A stretch of DNA of 58,407 nucleotides from a virus, in the IMG/VR virus record IMGVR_UViG_3300045988_099599, one strand, 5' to 3'. Both the position numbers and the translations under genes were made by a program. Within the stretch, counting starts at the first letter, position 1. The number at the start of each line of letters is the position of its first letter. The notes below the pieces were generated by a model. The model searched no databases. It saw only the letters and a program-made list of their open reading frames with translations, and was not told the origin of the DNA. Positions 8,538 to 18,841 of this stretch are shown here, piece by piece.

Positions 8538-8825
8538 CTATATTTCTTTCCAGTATTCCGGGTCTTCCGGCATATTTTCAACAGATGTTGTGTGTGCTTT
8601 AGTGCACTTGAACAGCATCACATCTTCTTGCTCGTCTTCATCTTCAGACAAAGCAGCGTAGGCAGCCGGTCTACGGACAGTGTATCTTTCTCCGATTTTT
8701 GCTTCTATGCCCTCTTTCCACTCTGGAAAACAGTACGGTAATTTAGCCGCCTGCTCGTCAGTCAGGTTGCTTGCTGTTATTTCAATCAGTTTTCTAATCT
8801 GCCTTGCGGCTTCCGTCATACTCAT
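8538..8825 (-). CDS. Hypothetical structural-region protein
   Basis: 95-aa co-oriented ORF. Confidence 0.55.
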   Translation of the reverse strand: MSMTEAARQIRKLIEITASNLTDEQAAKLPYCFPEWKEGIEAKIGERYTVRRPAAYAALSEDEDEQEDVMLFKCTKAHTTSVENMPEDPEYWKEI

Positions 8826-8984
8826 TTACTTTTCTTCTCCCAACAAAATCTTTAACGCTTTTTCCGTGTCGCTTTCTTCTGTGTCAGTTGCTTCTATAAT
8901 GCCCGGCGTTTTTATAACTTTTTCGGCTTCCTGTAATATGTGTTTTCTTTCTTCTGTCAATTCTTCTTTTTCTTCGTCTGCCAT
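8826..8984 (-). CDS. Small acidic protein (52 aa)
   Basis: Hand translation gives MADEEKEELTEERKHILQEAEKVIKTPGIIEATDTEESDTEKALKILLGEEK. It fills the gap between two ORFs and is below the track cutoff. Confidence 0.35.
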   Translation of the reverse strand: MADEEKEELTEERKHILQEAEKVIKTPGIIEATDTEESDTEKALKILLGEEK

Positions 8985-8996
8985 GTTTTCTCCCTT

Positions 8997-11900
8997 CTAA
9001 CCGTTGCTCCATGATCCAGAAACTAAAATCCCGTTTTTAAATTGCATATGACAACCGTTTGAATATCTGCAGCTTCCGTCGCTATTCATGTTTAATATAT
9101 GTGTAAAGTTGATCGTTCCGTTGATTCCGCCGCCTTCAAACGACGGGTTTTTTAGTGTCCAGTTGTGCATATCAATATCGCATCCTGCGTTGAGCGCGCC
9201 GCCCGTCAGGTTAGCTATTGAATTTCTTGCGAATGTCCACCTAAGAGCGTACAATGATGTGCTTGATGTTTGAGCCGCCCATGCCATGTATTCTCCGGTA
9301 TAATCCAAATCGAAATTCAGACCGTATCTTCCGGAATATCCGCTGATCTCGTTTGTACCAATCATTCCTATATCATTATCGTTATATATAAGACATAAAG
9401 ATCCGTTACGCAAATATGTTTTCATTTTTCCGTTCCGGCTGTACAGGGTACCCATAATATTTGCATTCTGACAGGTCAATGTTCCGTCTTCCGTCATGCT
9501 GGAATAATCCGATGTCCAACTGATCTTAGATGCTTTTAGTCGGATAGAATCTGCTTTTTGCTCAATGATAGACTCTACGTCACTCTTGGAAACTTTCAGT
9601 ATTATCTTGTCAGCCTCCACCTTGATCGCGGCCCTGGCATAATCTGTAGCGGCCGCCGCCGCAATTGCCGCCACGTCAAGGCTTGCAGCTGCAAGCCCTT
9701 CTTTCAGCGATGCCAACGCACTATTGTAAGAAGCAACTTTATCGGAAACGTTCTTTTTTTCAGCATCCGTTATGGTTCTATCAGATATCGCAGAATTGAT
9801 TGCATTTTTCAGTGATGTGTACGTGTTTGTGTACGTGGACATTCTTAATTCCAGTACAGTTCTCGTTATAATCCTCGCTTTATAATGCCATAGCTTCTTC
9901 ATAGAGTTTTCATATGGATGAGAAGTTTGGATCATAGACGGAATTGTCGCTTCTATAACTTCGTAATTCGGAAGCGATGTTTCTTCTCCTTTAGTTGTTG
10001 CCGCTGTGTTTGTTCGCGTGATACTATCGATTGAAAATCCGTAATAGTTACAATTTGTTGAATCTGAATACCATTGAATGTAAATATCTGTAGACGGAAC
10101 GATATATGTGTTTCCTGCTATATCGGCGCCACTTACAGCATCCAATGCTTTGTAGATCTTCCCATCTTTTTGATAGTACAGCGACAGGTTATCGTACTTT
10201 TGCCCGTTCGAAGATGAAATTTCTGTTTTGCAGTTCTCGTTGAATTTTATGGAGAAATTATTTCCTGTTTCGGCTGATTTCCGAGATACTGAATCGATAA
10301 GAGCGTTGTATTGCTTAGTCACCGACTCGTTGTCTTTTTCGATCTCCAAAAGCGACCGCTCAATCACCTGGGCTTCTGATTCAGAGATAATGCCATCCCG
10401 AAAGGCTCCTTTAACTGTTTCTTGAAATTTTGAAAAATTCGTTTCTAACTCACTGGTTTTGTCCTCTACAATCTCAGTTACTGTTTTTCCTTCCACTTGA
10501 AAGGTATTTGCGTTGATGATAACTCTTCCGGTTTCTGTGTCGGCCTGGAATGTAATGTTTCCATCTGCGTCCTTAACTGTAAACGTTCCGGTGTTGATAT
10601 AATCTGCGTTAATTCCTATAGCGTACAGTATTCTTGTAAGAAAATCTCCATCAATCGTAAAGCCAAACGGATAAGTTTTTCCACCGTCCGTAGAGAATCC
10701 GACTGCATCACTCGTTATTTTGAAAACGTTTTTTGAGTCTTCCAGTGTTTTTTTATCGTGAACATACAGAATTGTGCTTCCGTCTTCCTGCTTCACTTCG
10801 GTAGGATACATACCAGATGCACTGTCCAACGCTTTGTTAAATTCCTCTACCGCTTTTTCTCTTTCTGTTTTCTCGCGTTGGAAATTTTTTCTGTTTTCAA
10901 CCTGTGCTTGAGAGAATACCGAATATTGTTTGGAGCTGTTTTTAGCTGCGCTTTTCGCCCCACACTGTACCGTATGGTACTTTCCAACTTGAAATGTACT
11001 GGAAGTAATGAAAGACTTGTAAGAAACACCTTTTCTGTCTTTTATGATGCATATATCTCCGGCTTCATATGTCGGATTATTCAGTGTACTTGCTGAGAAC
11101 GGTCGAAACCGCATACCTGTCACTTGTTCTCCAATCATAGCCGCTACAGTACTGGCTGTTCCTTTTTCAATCAGTTTGTTATCAGCAATCGCAATAACAT
11201 AACCTGTCTTTCCATACAAAGACGTGTCAGCTGCTTCCTCTTCGCTTTGATTCTCTTGATATGCCGTTACCTGTATTCCGGTAATAATTACATCTTCACT
11301 GTTCACGGTAACAGAACTGTTTGAAGCGATTACGTCAAAGTATTCTTCATTTACCGTATCTACTTCATAGTTTTTCAGATCATACCATCCACAGAACAGT
11401 TTTCCATCAGAATTACACCTTAAGAACTGACCTCCAAGTTGTGCCGTCCATGCGATTACCTGACGGAAAGTCAGCTTTTCATCAGACGGTCTGGTGTTTA
11501 CAATATAGCCTGAGTTTTTGAACGTCAGTGTTTCTAAGCTGACTCCGCATCTCTCACACGCATCTCTAAGGATCTGAGCGCGTGTCGCCGGGTAAATCAG
11601 CTTACTTTCTGAATAGTCCCTATCAAACAGAAGCATATTGTCTTCGCAGGTCAGTGTTATCAGAGAACTGTTCTGGTACGGTGAATTAACAACGGTTCCG
11701 GTAAACATTTTTACCTTTTCAACGATGGATCCGTTGACGATCGTTACTATTTCGTTTCCGGTGGAATCCAGAATATTTTTTCCTGTGGTATCCTGCAGAA
11801 CTCTATAGAGAATGGTGTTGTCTATGTTATACCCTATATAGATTACAATTTTTGCTTCGTCAAAATCATAATCTGTAAAATCATCGTACAGGTTATTCAA

Positions 11901-12110
11901 CGTCACGGTAGCTTTGTTAATAATCGCAGTTCCTATCTGAAATTCAGAAGTATCTGAAACCGCATCTTCGATTTTTATACCGGAATTCCAGATATTCTTA
12001 TTCGTCAGGTTGAGTACAGTTCCATCCTTTAAAGTAATATCCACCCACTCATAGTAATTTCTATTATCTCTTTCAATTTGATTTTTGAAATCAGATGTAA
12101 CTTTTCTCAT
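8997..12110 (-). CDS. Tail-tip protein of the prophage tail-endopeptidase / minor structural protein class (Tal-like)
   Basis: 1037 aa, lying after the Dit-like gene and TMP. The N-terminal third resembles siphovirus tail-endopeptidase proteins. Confidence 0.8.
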   Translation of the reverse strand: MRKVTSDFKNQIERDNRNYYEWVDITLKDGTVLNLTNKNIWNSGIKIEDAVSDTSEFQIGTAIINKATVTLNNLYDDFTDYDFDEAKIVIYIGYNIDNTILYRVLQDTTGKNILDSTGNEIVTIVNGSIVEKVKMFTGTVVNSPYQNSSLITLTCEDNMLLFDRDYSESKLIYPATRAQILRDACERCGVSLETLTFKNSGYIVNTRPSDEKLTFRQVIAWTAQLGGQFLRCNSDGKLFCGWYDLKNYEVDTVNEEYFDVIASNSSVTVNSEDVIITGIQVTAYQENQSEEEAADTSLYGKTGYVIAIADNKLIEKGTASTVAAMIGEQVTGMRFRPFSASTLNNPTYEAGDICIIKDRKGVSYKSFITSSTFQVGKYHTVQCGAKSAAKNSSKQYSVFSQAQVENRKNFQREKTEREKAVEEFNKALDSASGMYPTEVKQEDGSTILYVHDKKTLEDSKNVFKITSDAVGFSTDGGKTYPFGFTIDGDFLTRILYAIGINADYINTGTFTVKDADGNITFQADTETGRVIINANTFQVEGKTVTEIVEDKTSELETNFSKFQETVKGAFRDGIISESEAQVIERSLLEIEKDNESVTKQYNALIDSVSRKSAETGNNFSIKFNENCKTEISSSNGQKYDNLSLYYQKDGKIYKALDAVSGADIAGNTYIVPSTDIYIQWYSDSTNCNYYGFSIDSITRTNTAATTKGEETSLPNYEVIEATIPSMIQTSHPYENSMKKLWHYKARIITRTVLELRMSTYTNTYTSLKNAINSAISDRTITDAEKKNVSDKVASYNSALASLKEGLAAASLDVAAIAAAAATDYARAAIKVEADKIILKVSKSDVESIIEQKADSIRLKASKISWTSDYSSMTEDGTLTCQNANIMGTLYSRNGKMKTYLRNGSLCLIYNDNDIGMIGTNEISGYSGRYGLNFDLDYTGEYMAWAAQTSSTSLYALRWTFARNSIANLTGGALNAGCDIDMHNWTLKNPSFEGGGINGTINFTHILNMNSDGSCRYSNGCHMQFKNGILVSGSWSNG

Positions 12111-12114
12111 GGTG

Positions 12115-12480
12115 CTACCTTTCTATGATGTTAAATGAAACGCTTTCAAACAACTTGTTTCTTACTGTCCAACAGTAATACTTTGCTTTTTTGTCACCGG
12201 AGTAAAACTCTTTCGTAACCACTTTGTTCTCTTTAGGATCGTGATACGTCACATGGAAATATTCTGGATCGAACGCTTTCAGAATCGTACTGGTTTCGTC
12301 AGGATCTATGCCGTTCCATGCCAGATTTAATGTGACTTTCTGTCCAACACGGTTCTTGTGCATGATCGTATCATCGGTTCTTCCGGAATCTGAAGCAGAT
12401 ATATCCTGTTGTCCCCACGTTAAAGAGGACGGGGATTTGATTTTTACCCCGTCCACCATCATCATATTATTTCTCGGCAT
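12115..12480 (-). CDS. Small distal-tail-protein-like component
   Basis: 121-aa ORF between TMP and the tail-tip gene. Confidence 0.55.
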   Translation of the reverse strand: MPRNNMMMVDGVKIKSPSSLTWGQQDISASDSGRTDDTIMHKNRVGQKVTLNLAWNGIDPDETSTILKAFDPEYFHVTYHDPKENKVVTKEFYSGDKKAKYYCWTVRNKLFESVSFNIIER

Positions 12481-12492
12481 ATGTCCTCCTTA

Positions 12493-15400
12493 TCAAAAAA
12501 CAGGACTAGGATTCATTCTACTGTCCCTGCTTGCCTTTCCTTTTTCAACTGCCTGCGCCAGAACCTCATTATCCTGTGTTTTCACTTCCACATGGATGAT
12601 ATATGGAAGATCATCGGACTGTTCCGTACTGGTAGCCATAGCAACTTGCATCATACCTTCAACAACCGCTTCTTTGATCGCCGTTGTAATCTGTGTATTG
12701 TTGGCAACCGCATTTTTCTTTCCGATCTGTCCGACCATCTCAGGGCCTTTTTCGCCAGCGATGAACATTTCCCCCATGTTTGGGAATCCACCTTTTTCGT
12801 ACCATCTCAGGTTGAATGACGGAACACTAAAACTGAAATCTCCAAGATCAAATCGATTCCAGTTCCATCCGATATGTGGCATCGGAATGTGAATAGAAGA
12901 GAATCCGTTGGCAAATGATGCAATAGCACTTTGTCCAATGTTATACAGACTTCCGATTCCGTTGCTAATCAGGTTTGGAATTCCTGATACAGCACTTCGT
13001 ATAGACCATTTGTTGTTTTCATATCCAGATTTAATACCGGAGACAATATCTGAACCTTTGGATTTTACTCTATCAGCCACGTTTCCAACATATGAGAAAA
13101 CTTCATTTTTCAGATTAGATACTTTAGAAAGCAGACCGCTTTGTTTGCTGTTTTCATACCCGTCTCTGATTCCCTCGATAGCCCCTTTACCTTTTTCAAC
13201 CAGCCAGTCTTTTGCATTGCCAAGAGCATCTTTGATCTTTCCCGGAAGACTTCCAAACCAAGATAGCACATCCGCAAGACCGGATTTTACGCCGTTCAGG
13301 AATCCCGGAAGAATCCACTGACCAATTTCTGCCATTACGGTTGATGGAGAATTTATACCCCATAGATCTTTAAACCATTTTATGAAAGGATCTACGACAT
13401 TTTCCTTAATCCAAGCGCCGATATTCTTGAGTCCATCAACAATCCCTTTCTTTAAGCCGTTAATTAATTCTCCAGCTGCGTTGTACCATTCTGTCAGTCT
13501 TTCATCAATGGCAGTGGCTCCTTTGATGACAAATTCTCCGACTTTTTCTTTTAGTTCTTCTTCTGATTCCGCATCGAAAATCTTTTCAAGAATTCTTTCA
13601 CGAATTCCCTTTTTTAATTGTTGTGGAAGTCCAGCAAGCGCATCTAAAAGAGAAAGGCTTAATCCGGCAACATCATAAGTCAGTTGTCCCCAATCGATTC
13701 CCAAAATAAAATCAACCAGTTTTTGACCTATCGTATAGAAAATCTGGTTTCCATTCAAAGTGTCTACAAAACTCTTTATCGCTTCGAGCAGTCCTGTTCC
13801 AAAATGGCTGAAGGTCTCCGCTGTAAGTCCAGCATCCCAATTTCTGAAAAATCCAATTATACTTGCTGCTAAAGAAGCACCTAAATTGCTCCAGTCAAAA
13901 TTAACAGCAAAAGCGTTTGCTGCATGAAACGCCGTATTGATGGAATTTGCAACGGTTTTTCCAAGATCGTAGAACAATCGTGGTGTAATCAAGCCATTCA
14001 AAAAAGTAGCAATGTCTTTCCCGAAGTTCTCAGCGTGGCGGTAAACCTTATCCCACTGGATACTCTCCAACGCATTACTCAGCTTATCGCTTATCATGCG
14101 CCCGATATCTGTAAAATCGGATTTTGCAAGCGCTTCTTTGAACTTGTCTGCCAGATCTTTCATGGAACTCGGGACTTTTATAGTCTCGAACATATCTGAC
14201 GGGGACGGGCCGGTATATCCACCACCGCTTCCACTTCCAGATCCGCTACCACCGTTTGAACCGGTATCGTCATTGGAAGTCAGCACATTCAGTTCATCAA
14301 AACCCAAAATAGTCTTTTTCAGCTTTTTCGCAGCATCGTTAGTATTGTTCAGTCCTTTCGATGCATTTTTGCTTGTATCAGCGATGGATGCGCCATAGTC
14401 TTTCCAAGCCTTTTTCGCCTGTACGACAAAGCCTTTTCCAGTAAGTGCCGCCATAAACTGGCCAACAGTGTTCAGTGCTCGAGCCATCATATCGATAAAT
14501 GCAGACACATAAGGTGCGACTACATTTATGATCGGAGCAAAAGCTGCTGCCCATGCATTTTTCAGATACAGCAAAGACGAAACCATACCAGAAATGCTTT
14601 TATTGTAGGTGTCGCTGTATTGAACAAGGTTATCTGAACCCTCTTTGACAGCCTGTTTTATCTGACTGATTGCACCGAAAATGGTAGAAAACAGGATAGA
14701 TGATCCAATCATCCGTCCAAGTCCCATTCCATTACCACCACTGCTTACTCCGCCCATCAATTCTTTTAATGTTCTAAACGGATGAATAGCTTTACTTGCC
14801 ATCTTTCTTGCGTTAGCAACAGATTTCTGTACCTTGTCGAATCCTTTGGAAAGGTTGTTGGCTTTGCTTCCGATGCTTCCAATCGCCTGAAATGCCCTTG
14901 TAACTGCATTTCCGCTCTGCGCTGCACCATAAACTGATTCTTTCAGTTTTGTGTATGCTCGCTGTGATTTTTCCAGTTCTTTCAGACCTGCAGATAGTTC
15001 CTCCACTCCTGAAAGATCGCCAGTTGAAAAAGCCTGCCTGATAGCTTCTTTGGTGATCGCTATTTCACTCTGAATTCTTTTCAGAGTAGTTTCAATCTCG
15101 CTAGAATCCGGCGGTTGCATCTTGACACCAGACGATTCCTGAATTTTCGTCTTTAGATTTCCAAAAATTTCCTTTATCTTTCCTGGAATTTCTTTCACCT
15201 GAGACGGAATGTTTCCAAGAGTTGCTATTGCTTCTTTTGTCCGTATAATTTCGCTTTTCAGTTCCTCAAATCCAGATACTGGTTTCGAAACATTTTCAGA
15301 AGTTGAAACATTATTCAACTCTTGACCGAGTTTTCTTACCTCTTCCGATGCCACTTTTGCCGATTCTGCAATTTTCTGAACATTTGCACTGGAAGTCGAA

Positions 15401-16017
15401 TTCGTTTCTGCTGCAACAGGATTGACTGTATTTTCCCCTGTATCTCCTCTCTGAATCTTCATATTTTTCAAAGAAGTAGGGTCGAACGGTGTGCTTACCT
15501 GTTTCAGCGCTTTCAGTTCGTTTTCTGCTTTCTGGATTTTATAAACCAGATTGACATACGCTTTTCCGTATGTGTCTACATTCTCCGTATCCAGTTTTTC
15601 TTGCAGTCTGTCTTTGAGTCCTGAAAGTTTTTTCTCAGTCTGTTTGATTTTCGTGTCAAGTTCAGTTTGTCCGAGTCCTGAAAAATCTAAATTTTTTCCA
15701 ACATCTTTGAATTTTTCCTTTATCTCGTCCAGTGCTTTATAGGTATACTTTAAATCCGACCTGTCTACACGCGGTTTTACCGGCTTATTTCCGATGTTTT
15801 TTAACTCTTTGGTAAATTCCCTGAGTTCCGTCCGATAGGCCTCTATTTCGCCAAAATCGAGATTTGTGATCTTATCAAAACCGGCGGTCAATGCCTGTAC
15901 TTTTATTAATGCATCAGATACTTTGCCAAGCCGTTTCACAAGACCAGTCAAAGATGCGTTCGCACCTTTCGCTTTGGCTTCTATCTGTAGTTCAAGGGTG
16001 TCCATTTCATCAGACAT
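12493..16017 (-). CDS. Tape measure protein
   Basis: 1174 aa, helical and low-complexity, with a Gly/Ser-rich linker (GSNGGSGSGSGSGGGY). It lies downstream of the G/GT chaperones. Confidence 0.9.
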   Translation of the reverse strand: MSDEMDTLELQIEAKAKGANASLTGLVKRLGKVSDALIKVQALTAGFDKITNLDFGEIEAYRTELREFTKELKNIGNKPVKPRVDRSDLKYTYKALDEIKEKFKDVGKNLDFSGLGQTELDTKIKQTEKKLSGLKDRLQEKLDTENVDTYGKAYVNLVYKIQKAENELKALKQVSTPFDPTSLKNMKIQRGDTGENTVNPVAAETNSTSSANVQKIAESAKVASEEVRKLGQELNNVSTSENVSKPVSGFEELKSEIIRTKEAIATLGNIPSQVKEIPGKIKEIFGNLKTKIQESSGVKMQPPDSSEIETTLKRIQSEIAITKEAIRQAFSTGDLSGVEELSAGLKELEKSQRAYTKLKESVYGAAQSGNAVTRAFQAIGSIGSKANNLSKGFDKVQKSVANARKMASKAIHPFRTLKELMGGVSSGGNGMGLGRMIGSSILFSTIFGAISQIKQAVKEGSDNLVQYSDTYNKSISGMVSSLLYLKNAWAAAFAPIINVVAPYVSAFIDMMARALNTVGQFMAALTGKGFVVQAKKAWKDYGASIADTSKNASKGLNNTNDAAKKLKKTILGFDELNVLTSNDDTGSNGGSGSGSGSGGGYTGPSPSDMFETIKVPSSMKDLADKFKEALAKSDFTDIGRMISDKLSNALESIQWDKVYRHAENFGKDIATFLNGLITPRLFYDLGKTVANSINTAFHAANAFAVNFDWSNLGASLAASIIGFFRNWDAGLTAETFSHFGTGLLEAIKSFVDTLNGNQIFYTIGQKLVDFILGIDWGQLTYDVAGLSLSLLDALAGLPQQLKKGIRERILEKIFDAESEEELKEKVGEFVIKGATAIDERLTEWYNAAGELINGLKKGIVDGLKNIGAWIKENVVDPFIKWFKDLWGINSPSTVMAEIGQWILPGFLNGVKSGLADVLSWFGSLPGKIKDALGNAKDWLVEKGKGAIEGIRDGYENSKQSGLLSKVSNLKNEVFSYVGNVADRVKSKGSDIVSGIKSGYENNKWSIRSAVSGIPNLISNGIGSLYNIGQSAIASFANGFSSIHIPMPHIGWNWNRFDLGDFSFSVPSFNLRWYEKGGFPNMGEMFIAGEKGPEMVGQIGKKNAVANNTQITTAIKEAVVEGMMQVAMATSTEQSDDLPYIIHVEVKTQDNEVLAQAVEKGKASRDSRMNPSPVF
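13887..14193 (-). repeat. Internal TMP segment duplicated in inverted orientation at 34186-34492
   Basis: Hand alignment gives 307 nt, 22 mismatches and no indels. Confidence 0.9.
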
Positions 16018-16032
16018 ATGTTCTCACCGCCT

Positions 16033-16787
16033 TTATATTTTTGTTTCCGGAAGACCTCTTCTTCTGTCATTTGCAATCCACTGTTCCATCTTTTGAATTT
16101 CCAGACGCATTGCCAAATCTTCATTTTCTTCCGTATTACTCTTTGATTCATCGGAAATCAGTTCAAAAAGTGGTTTCTTTAGATATTCCGCTTTTGATTT
16201 CTTTCCATTCAAAGCCTTATCTAAAGCTGTCAAAACAGCCGACATTTGGTATTGTCCAGCCATCCAATTCATGCGGTCCTGATCTTCTACGGACTTCTGA
16301 TAGCCTTTTTGTACTGCATTCAAAATCCGTGGGTTCATTTTCCAGAATTCTTCCCAGCTTATTCCCAGTCGTCTCGCTTCCTGGAACCATTCATTGGTGT
16401 AATATTCCCGGTGTGTCCGGTATTTCTGCTTCCATTGTGCCGGTTGTTCTGGTGGTAATTTTTCTGTCTCTTTTTGCCCGGATACGTTTGAGTTTTCTCC
16501 TTCTTGTCCTTCCCGAGGTTGCGAAAAAAATCAGATTCTTCCATTTCTTTACTGATAACTTTCATGATATCGTCAAAGCTACCGCCGTTTAACAGATGTT
16601 CCTGAATCTCGATACCGCTTTCTTTTGCGGATTTTCCCATACAGATTCCTGCATATGCTCTTACGATAGATACCGGCTTTCTCTCAATATCTTCGATAGA
16701 TACTCCAAGATCTTCCAGATCACAGATCATATTGAAGTCAAACGGTTTTGCTGCGTATTCTCTTCCATTAATAACGATTCTTCTCAT
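16033..16787 (-). CDS. Tail assembly chaperone GT fusion made by -1 programmed frameshift
   Basis: The -1 frame after T TTT TTT is open for 62 codons (SQPREGQEGENSNVSGQKETEKLPPEQPAQWKQKYRTHREYYTNEWFQEARRLGISWEEFWK) and joins ORF 16033..16338 in frame. Confidence 0.75.
16359..16787 (-). CDS. Tail assembly chaperone (gpG-like, zero-frame product)
   Basis: ORF between the major tail gene and TMP. It contains the slippery heptamer. Confidence 0.8.
   Translation of the reverse strand: MRRIVINGREYAAKPFDFNMICDLEDLGVSIEDIERKPVSIVRAYAGICMGKSAKESGIEIQEHLLNGGSFDDIMKVISKEMEESDFFRNLGKDKKEKTQTYPGKKRQKNYHQNNRHNGSRNTGHTGNITPMNGSRKRDDWE
16524..16530 (-). promoter_or_regulatory. Slippery heptanucleotide T TTT TTT for -1 ribosomal frameshifting
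   Basis: The zero frame reads GAT TTT TTT CGC (D F F R). This has the X XXY YYZ form. Confidence 0.75.
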
Positions 16788-16909
16788 TTATTCCTTCCCT
16801 TTCCGTAAAATACGGGAAGGGCGATCCGAAGACCGCCCTTTTCCTTTTCTCTAATCGCCAGCGTAATTGTAGACATAGTCCCCAGTAGGCGCTGACTCAC
16901 TCTGGAGAC

Positions 16910-17404
16910 TTACGATTTTTTTGTTACTGTAAATGTTCCGTCTTTATTATCCACGATAGTGTAGTTGTCTGTAACTTTCTTTGCTACCGTGTTCGGTATC
17001 AGCGTTACACCCATTTCTACAATTTCATCAACTCCGCCGATATCGTTCGGTGTAGCAGAAGCCTGTCCGACATAAGCGTATTTTGCTTCACCACCGATGC
17101 CGTCATTTCCATACAGCTGCATAATGCACAGACTCTTATCACCAAGATTATCGATGTTATCCAGATACTCTTTTTCCAGATTTCCAGTAAACTCTTTGGA
17201 GTCAGATGTTTTGACACCTTTCTTAAATGTCTGCGCATCGTCTTCCAGTGTTGTGGATTCTACCGTGTTTGGGGCCGATACCGGTGCCGGAATACTTTTA
17301 GCAGCACACAAAAGGTTATAAGTACCTGCGAAATCCGCTTTTGTAGGGTCAGTTTCTGTCATTTCTTTGTAGATTACCCTTGATTTATAACTTGTAATAG
17401 CCAT
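16910..17404 (-). CDS. Major tail protein
   Basis: 164-aa ORF directly upstream of the G/GT chaperones, flanked by hairpins. Confidence 0.8.
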   Translation of the reverse strand: MAITSYKSRVIYKEMTETDPTKADFAGTYNLLCAAKSIPAPVSAPNTVESTTLEDDAQTFKKGVKTSDSKEFTGNLEKEYLDNIDNLGDKSLCIMQLYGNDGIGGEAKYAYVGQASATPNDIGGVDEIVEMGVTLIPNTVAKKVTDNYTIVDNKDGTFTVTKKS

Positions 17405-17436
17405 GTTTTCACCTATCTTTCTGCCATTTTGGCAAA

Positions 17437-17459
17437 TAAAAAAAGAGCCTTAAGGCTCT
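17437..17459 (-). terminator. Intrinsic terminator upstream of the major tail gene
   Basis: The minus strand reads AGAGCC-TTAA-GGCTCT followed by TTTTTT, right after the stop at 17462. Confidence 0.75.
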
Positions 17460-17461
17460 GT

Positions 17462-17905
17462 CTACAGTACATCTTTTGATCCTATGTTCCTTTTTACACG
17501 CATGATGCTGCGGTAATAAGAAGTTCCGTTACTTGCTTCTGGGAAACTGTTGATTTCAAATCCCATTTCTTTAAAAGCAAATGCGACCTCTTTCAGTACC
17601 GTTTTTGCTTCTTTTTGTGAAACATTTGTTGTCACTTCAATCTGCATTGCATATGAGATTCCGTTGATTTTATCTCTTTCCTTTGTGATTCCAGATTCCG
17701 AACCCGGCATCTCATGGATGTACACGGTAGGAAACTTTGTGATAACATCTTTTGGATTTGAAGTTGTTGTAAAAAAGATGTTCGGATATTTCTCTTTCAA
17801 CCTTCTATTTACTTTCGAACTGACAATAGAGAAAATCCGTGTTTCTAAGTCAAAAACCCACGAATTATCCATTTCCGAACACCTCTCTAGCAATTCTTTT
17901 GGCAT
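17462..17905 (-). CDS. Putative tail-completion / tail-terminator protein
   Basis: 147-aa ORF immediately before the major tail gene. Assignment is by position. Confidence 0.5.
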   Translation of the reverse strand: MPKELLERCSEMDNSWVFDLETRIFSIVSSKVNRRLKEKYPNIFFTTTSNPKDVITKFPTVYIHEMPGSESGITKERDKINGISYAMQIEVTTNVSQKEAKTVLKEVAFAFKEMGFEINSFPEASNGTSYYRSIMRVKRNIGSKDVL

Positions 17906-18398
17906 TTTTCGCCATTTCTACACTTGCATTATACATTGGCATGGTTGCTTTAACACCGTGCGTATAGTGCCATTTATCATCGTCTCCGAGGTAATACCAT
18001 CCATCCTCAAACGCATGAACCTGTCCAGGAAATGTTCCTACACCGTATCCCATTTCATTTGCTTTTGGATTCGGTACTTTGTTGTGAAAAATACCTGCTC
18101 CAAATTCGATTGCCAGCAACGTTGAAAATGGTTCGTGTCCCTCTGCCTGTTTTAATTCTCCCGTAGCAATCAGGATAGCTTTACATCCCATTTCTTCCGG
18201 CGTAGTTTCACATCGCAAGGTGACTGTCTTTCCAAGTGGAGATTCCTGTACCTTTTCCATAGCCACGATTCTTCCGTACTTAGAAAGTTCGGTGACGAAT
18301 TCCTCCACTTTTTTATTGAAAGATCTCTGATAATCTTCAATTTCTTCGATAGCGTTTTGGATGCTTTTTACAGACAATCCAAAAGATATCTTTTTCAC
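17865..18398 (-). CDS. HK97 gp10-like head-tail joining protein
   Basis: 177-aa ORF in the connector block. The call rests on position and general resemblance only. Confidence 0.5.
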   Translation of the reverse strand: MKKISFGLSVKSIQNAIEEIEDYQRSFNKKVEEFVTELSKYGRIVAMEKVQESPLGKTVTLRCETTPEEMGCKAILIATGELKQAEGHEPFSTLLAIEFGAGIFHNKVPNPKANEMGYGVGTFPGQVHAFEDGWYYLGDDDKWHYTHGVKATMPMYNASVEMAKNAKRIAREVFGNG

Positions 18399-18400
18399 AG

Positions 18401-18841
18401 TCAGTCACCCCCATTGTGCAAAAGTTTTTTTAGCAAGAAACAATCCTCATTCAATGCTTCCGTGTTCACGCCAATTACCTCGTAATCAGCAGAATCCGCA
18501 TCTATTGTTTCGTTCTTATACAAAACTTCTGAATCTTTCCAGATTTTCATTCCAACTTTTAATGGAAGAAAATTCTTTGTACTTACAATCGTTGCTTTGT
18601 CTGACGAATCATCTACGCCGAATGCGCGGATAAATGCTTCTGTCAGAGTAGAATTGATGTTCGCTCGAAAGTCAACGATTTCACCGGCAGTTATCCGATA
18701 CTCTCCTGTCGCAATCGACTCCTGTCTTCCGTCTACGATAATGTATTTGATATTTCCATCATCGTCTGTTTCATAAACAGGTTCCGTCTTTCCGGGAATC
18801 AGGTATTTCATGCTCTGTTTGTTCGCTTGTAGCGCGATCAT
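18401..18841 (-). CDS. Putative head-closure/connector protein
   Basis: 146-aa ORF in the connector block. Confidence 0.5.
   Translation of the reverse strand: MIALQANKQSMKYLIPGKTEPVYETDDDGNIKYIIVDGRQESIATGEYRITAGEIVDFRANINSTLTEAFIRAFGVDDSSDKATIVSTKNFLPLKVGMKIWKDSEVLYKNETIDADSADYEVIGVNTEALNEDCFLLKKLLHNGGD

Noticed and set aside
16817-16840. Hairpin AAGGGCG...CGCCCTT after the major tail gene as a terminator
   Set aside because: On the gene (minus) strand it is not followed by a T-run. The T-rich tract is on the plus strand, where nothing is transcribed. It may be an RNA stability element instead.
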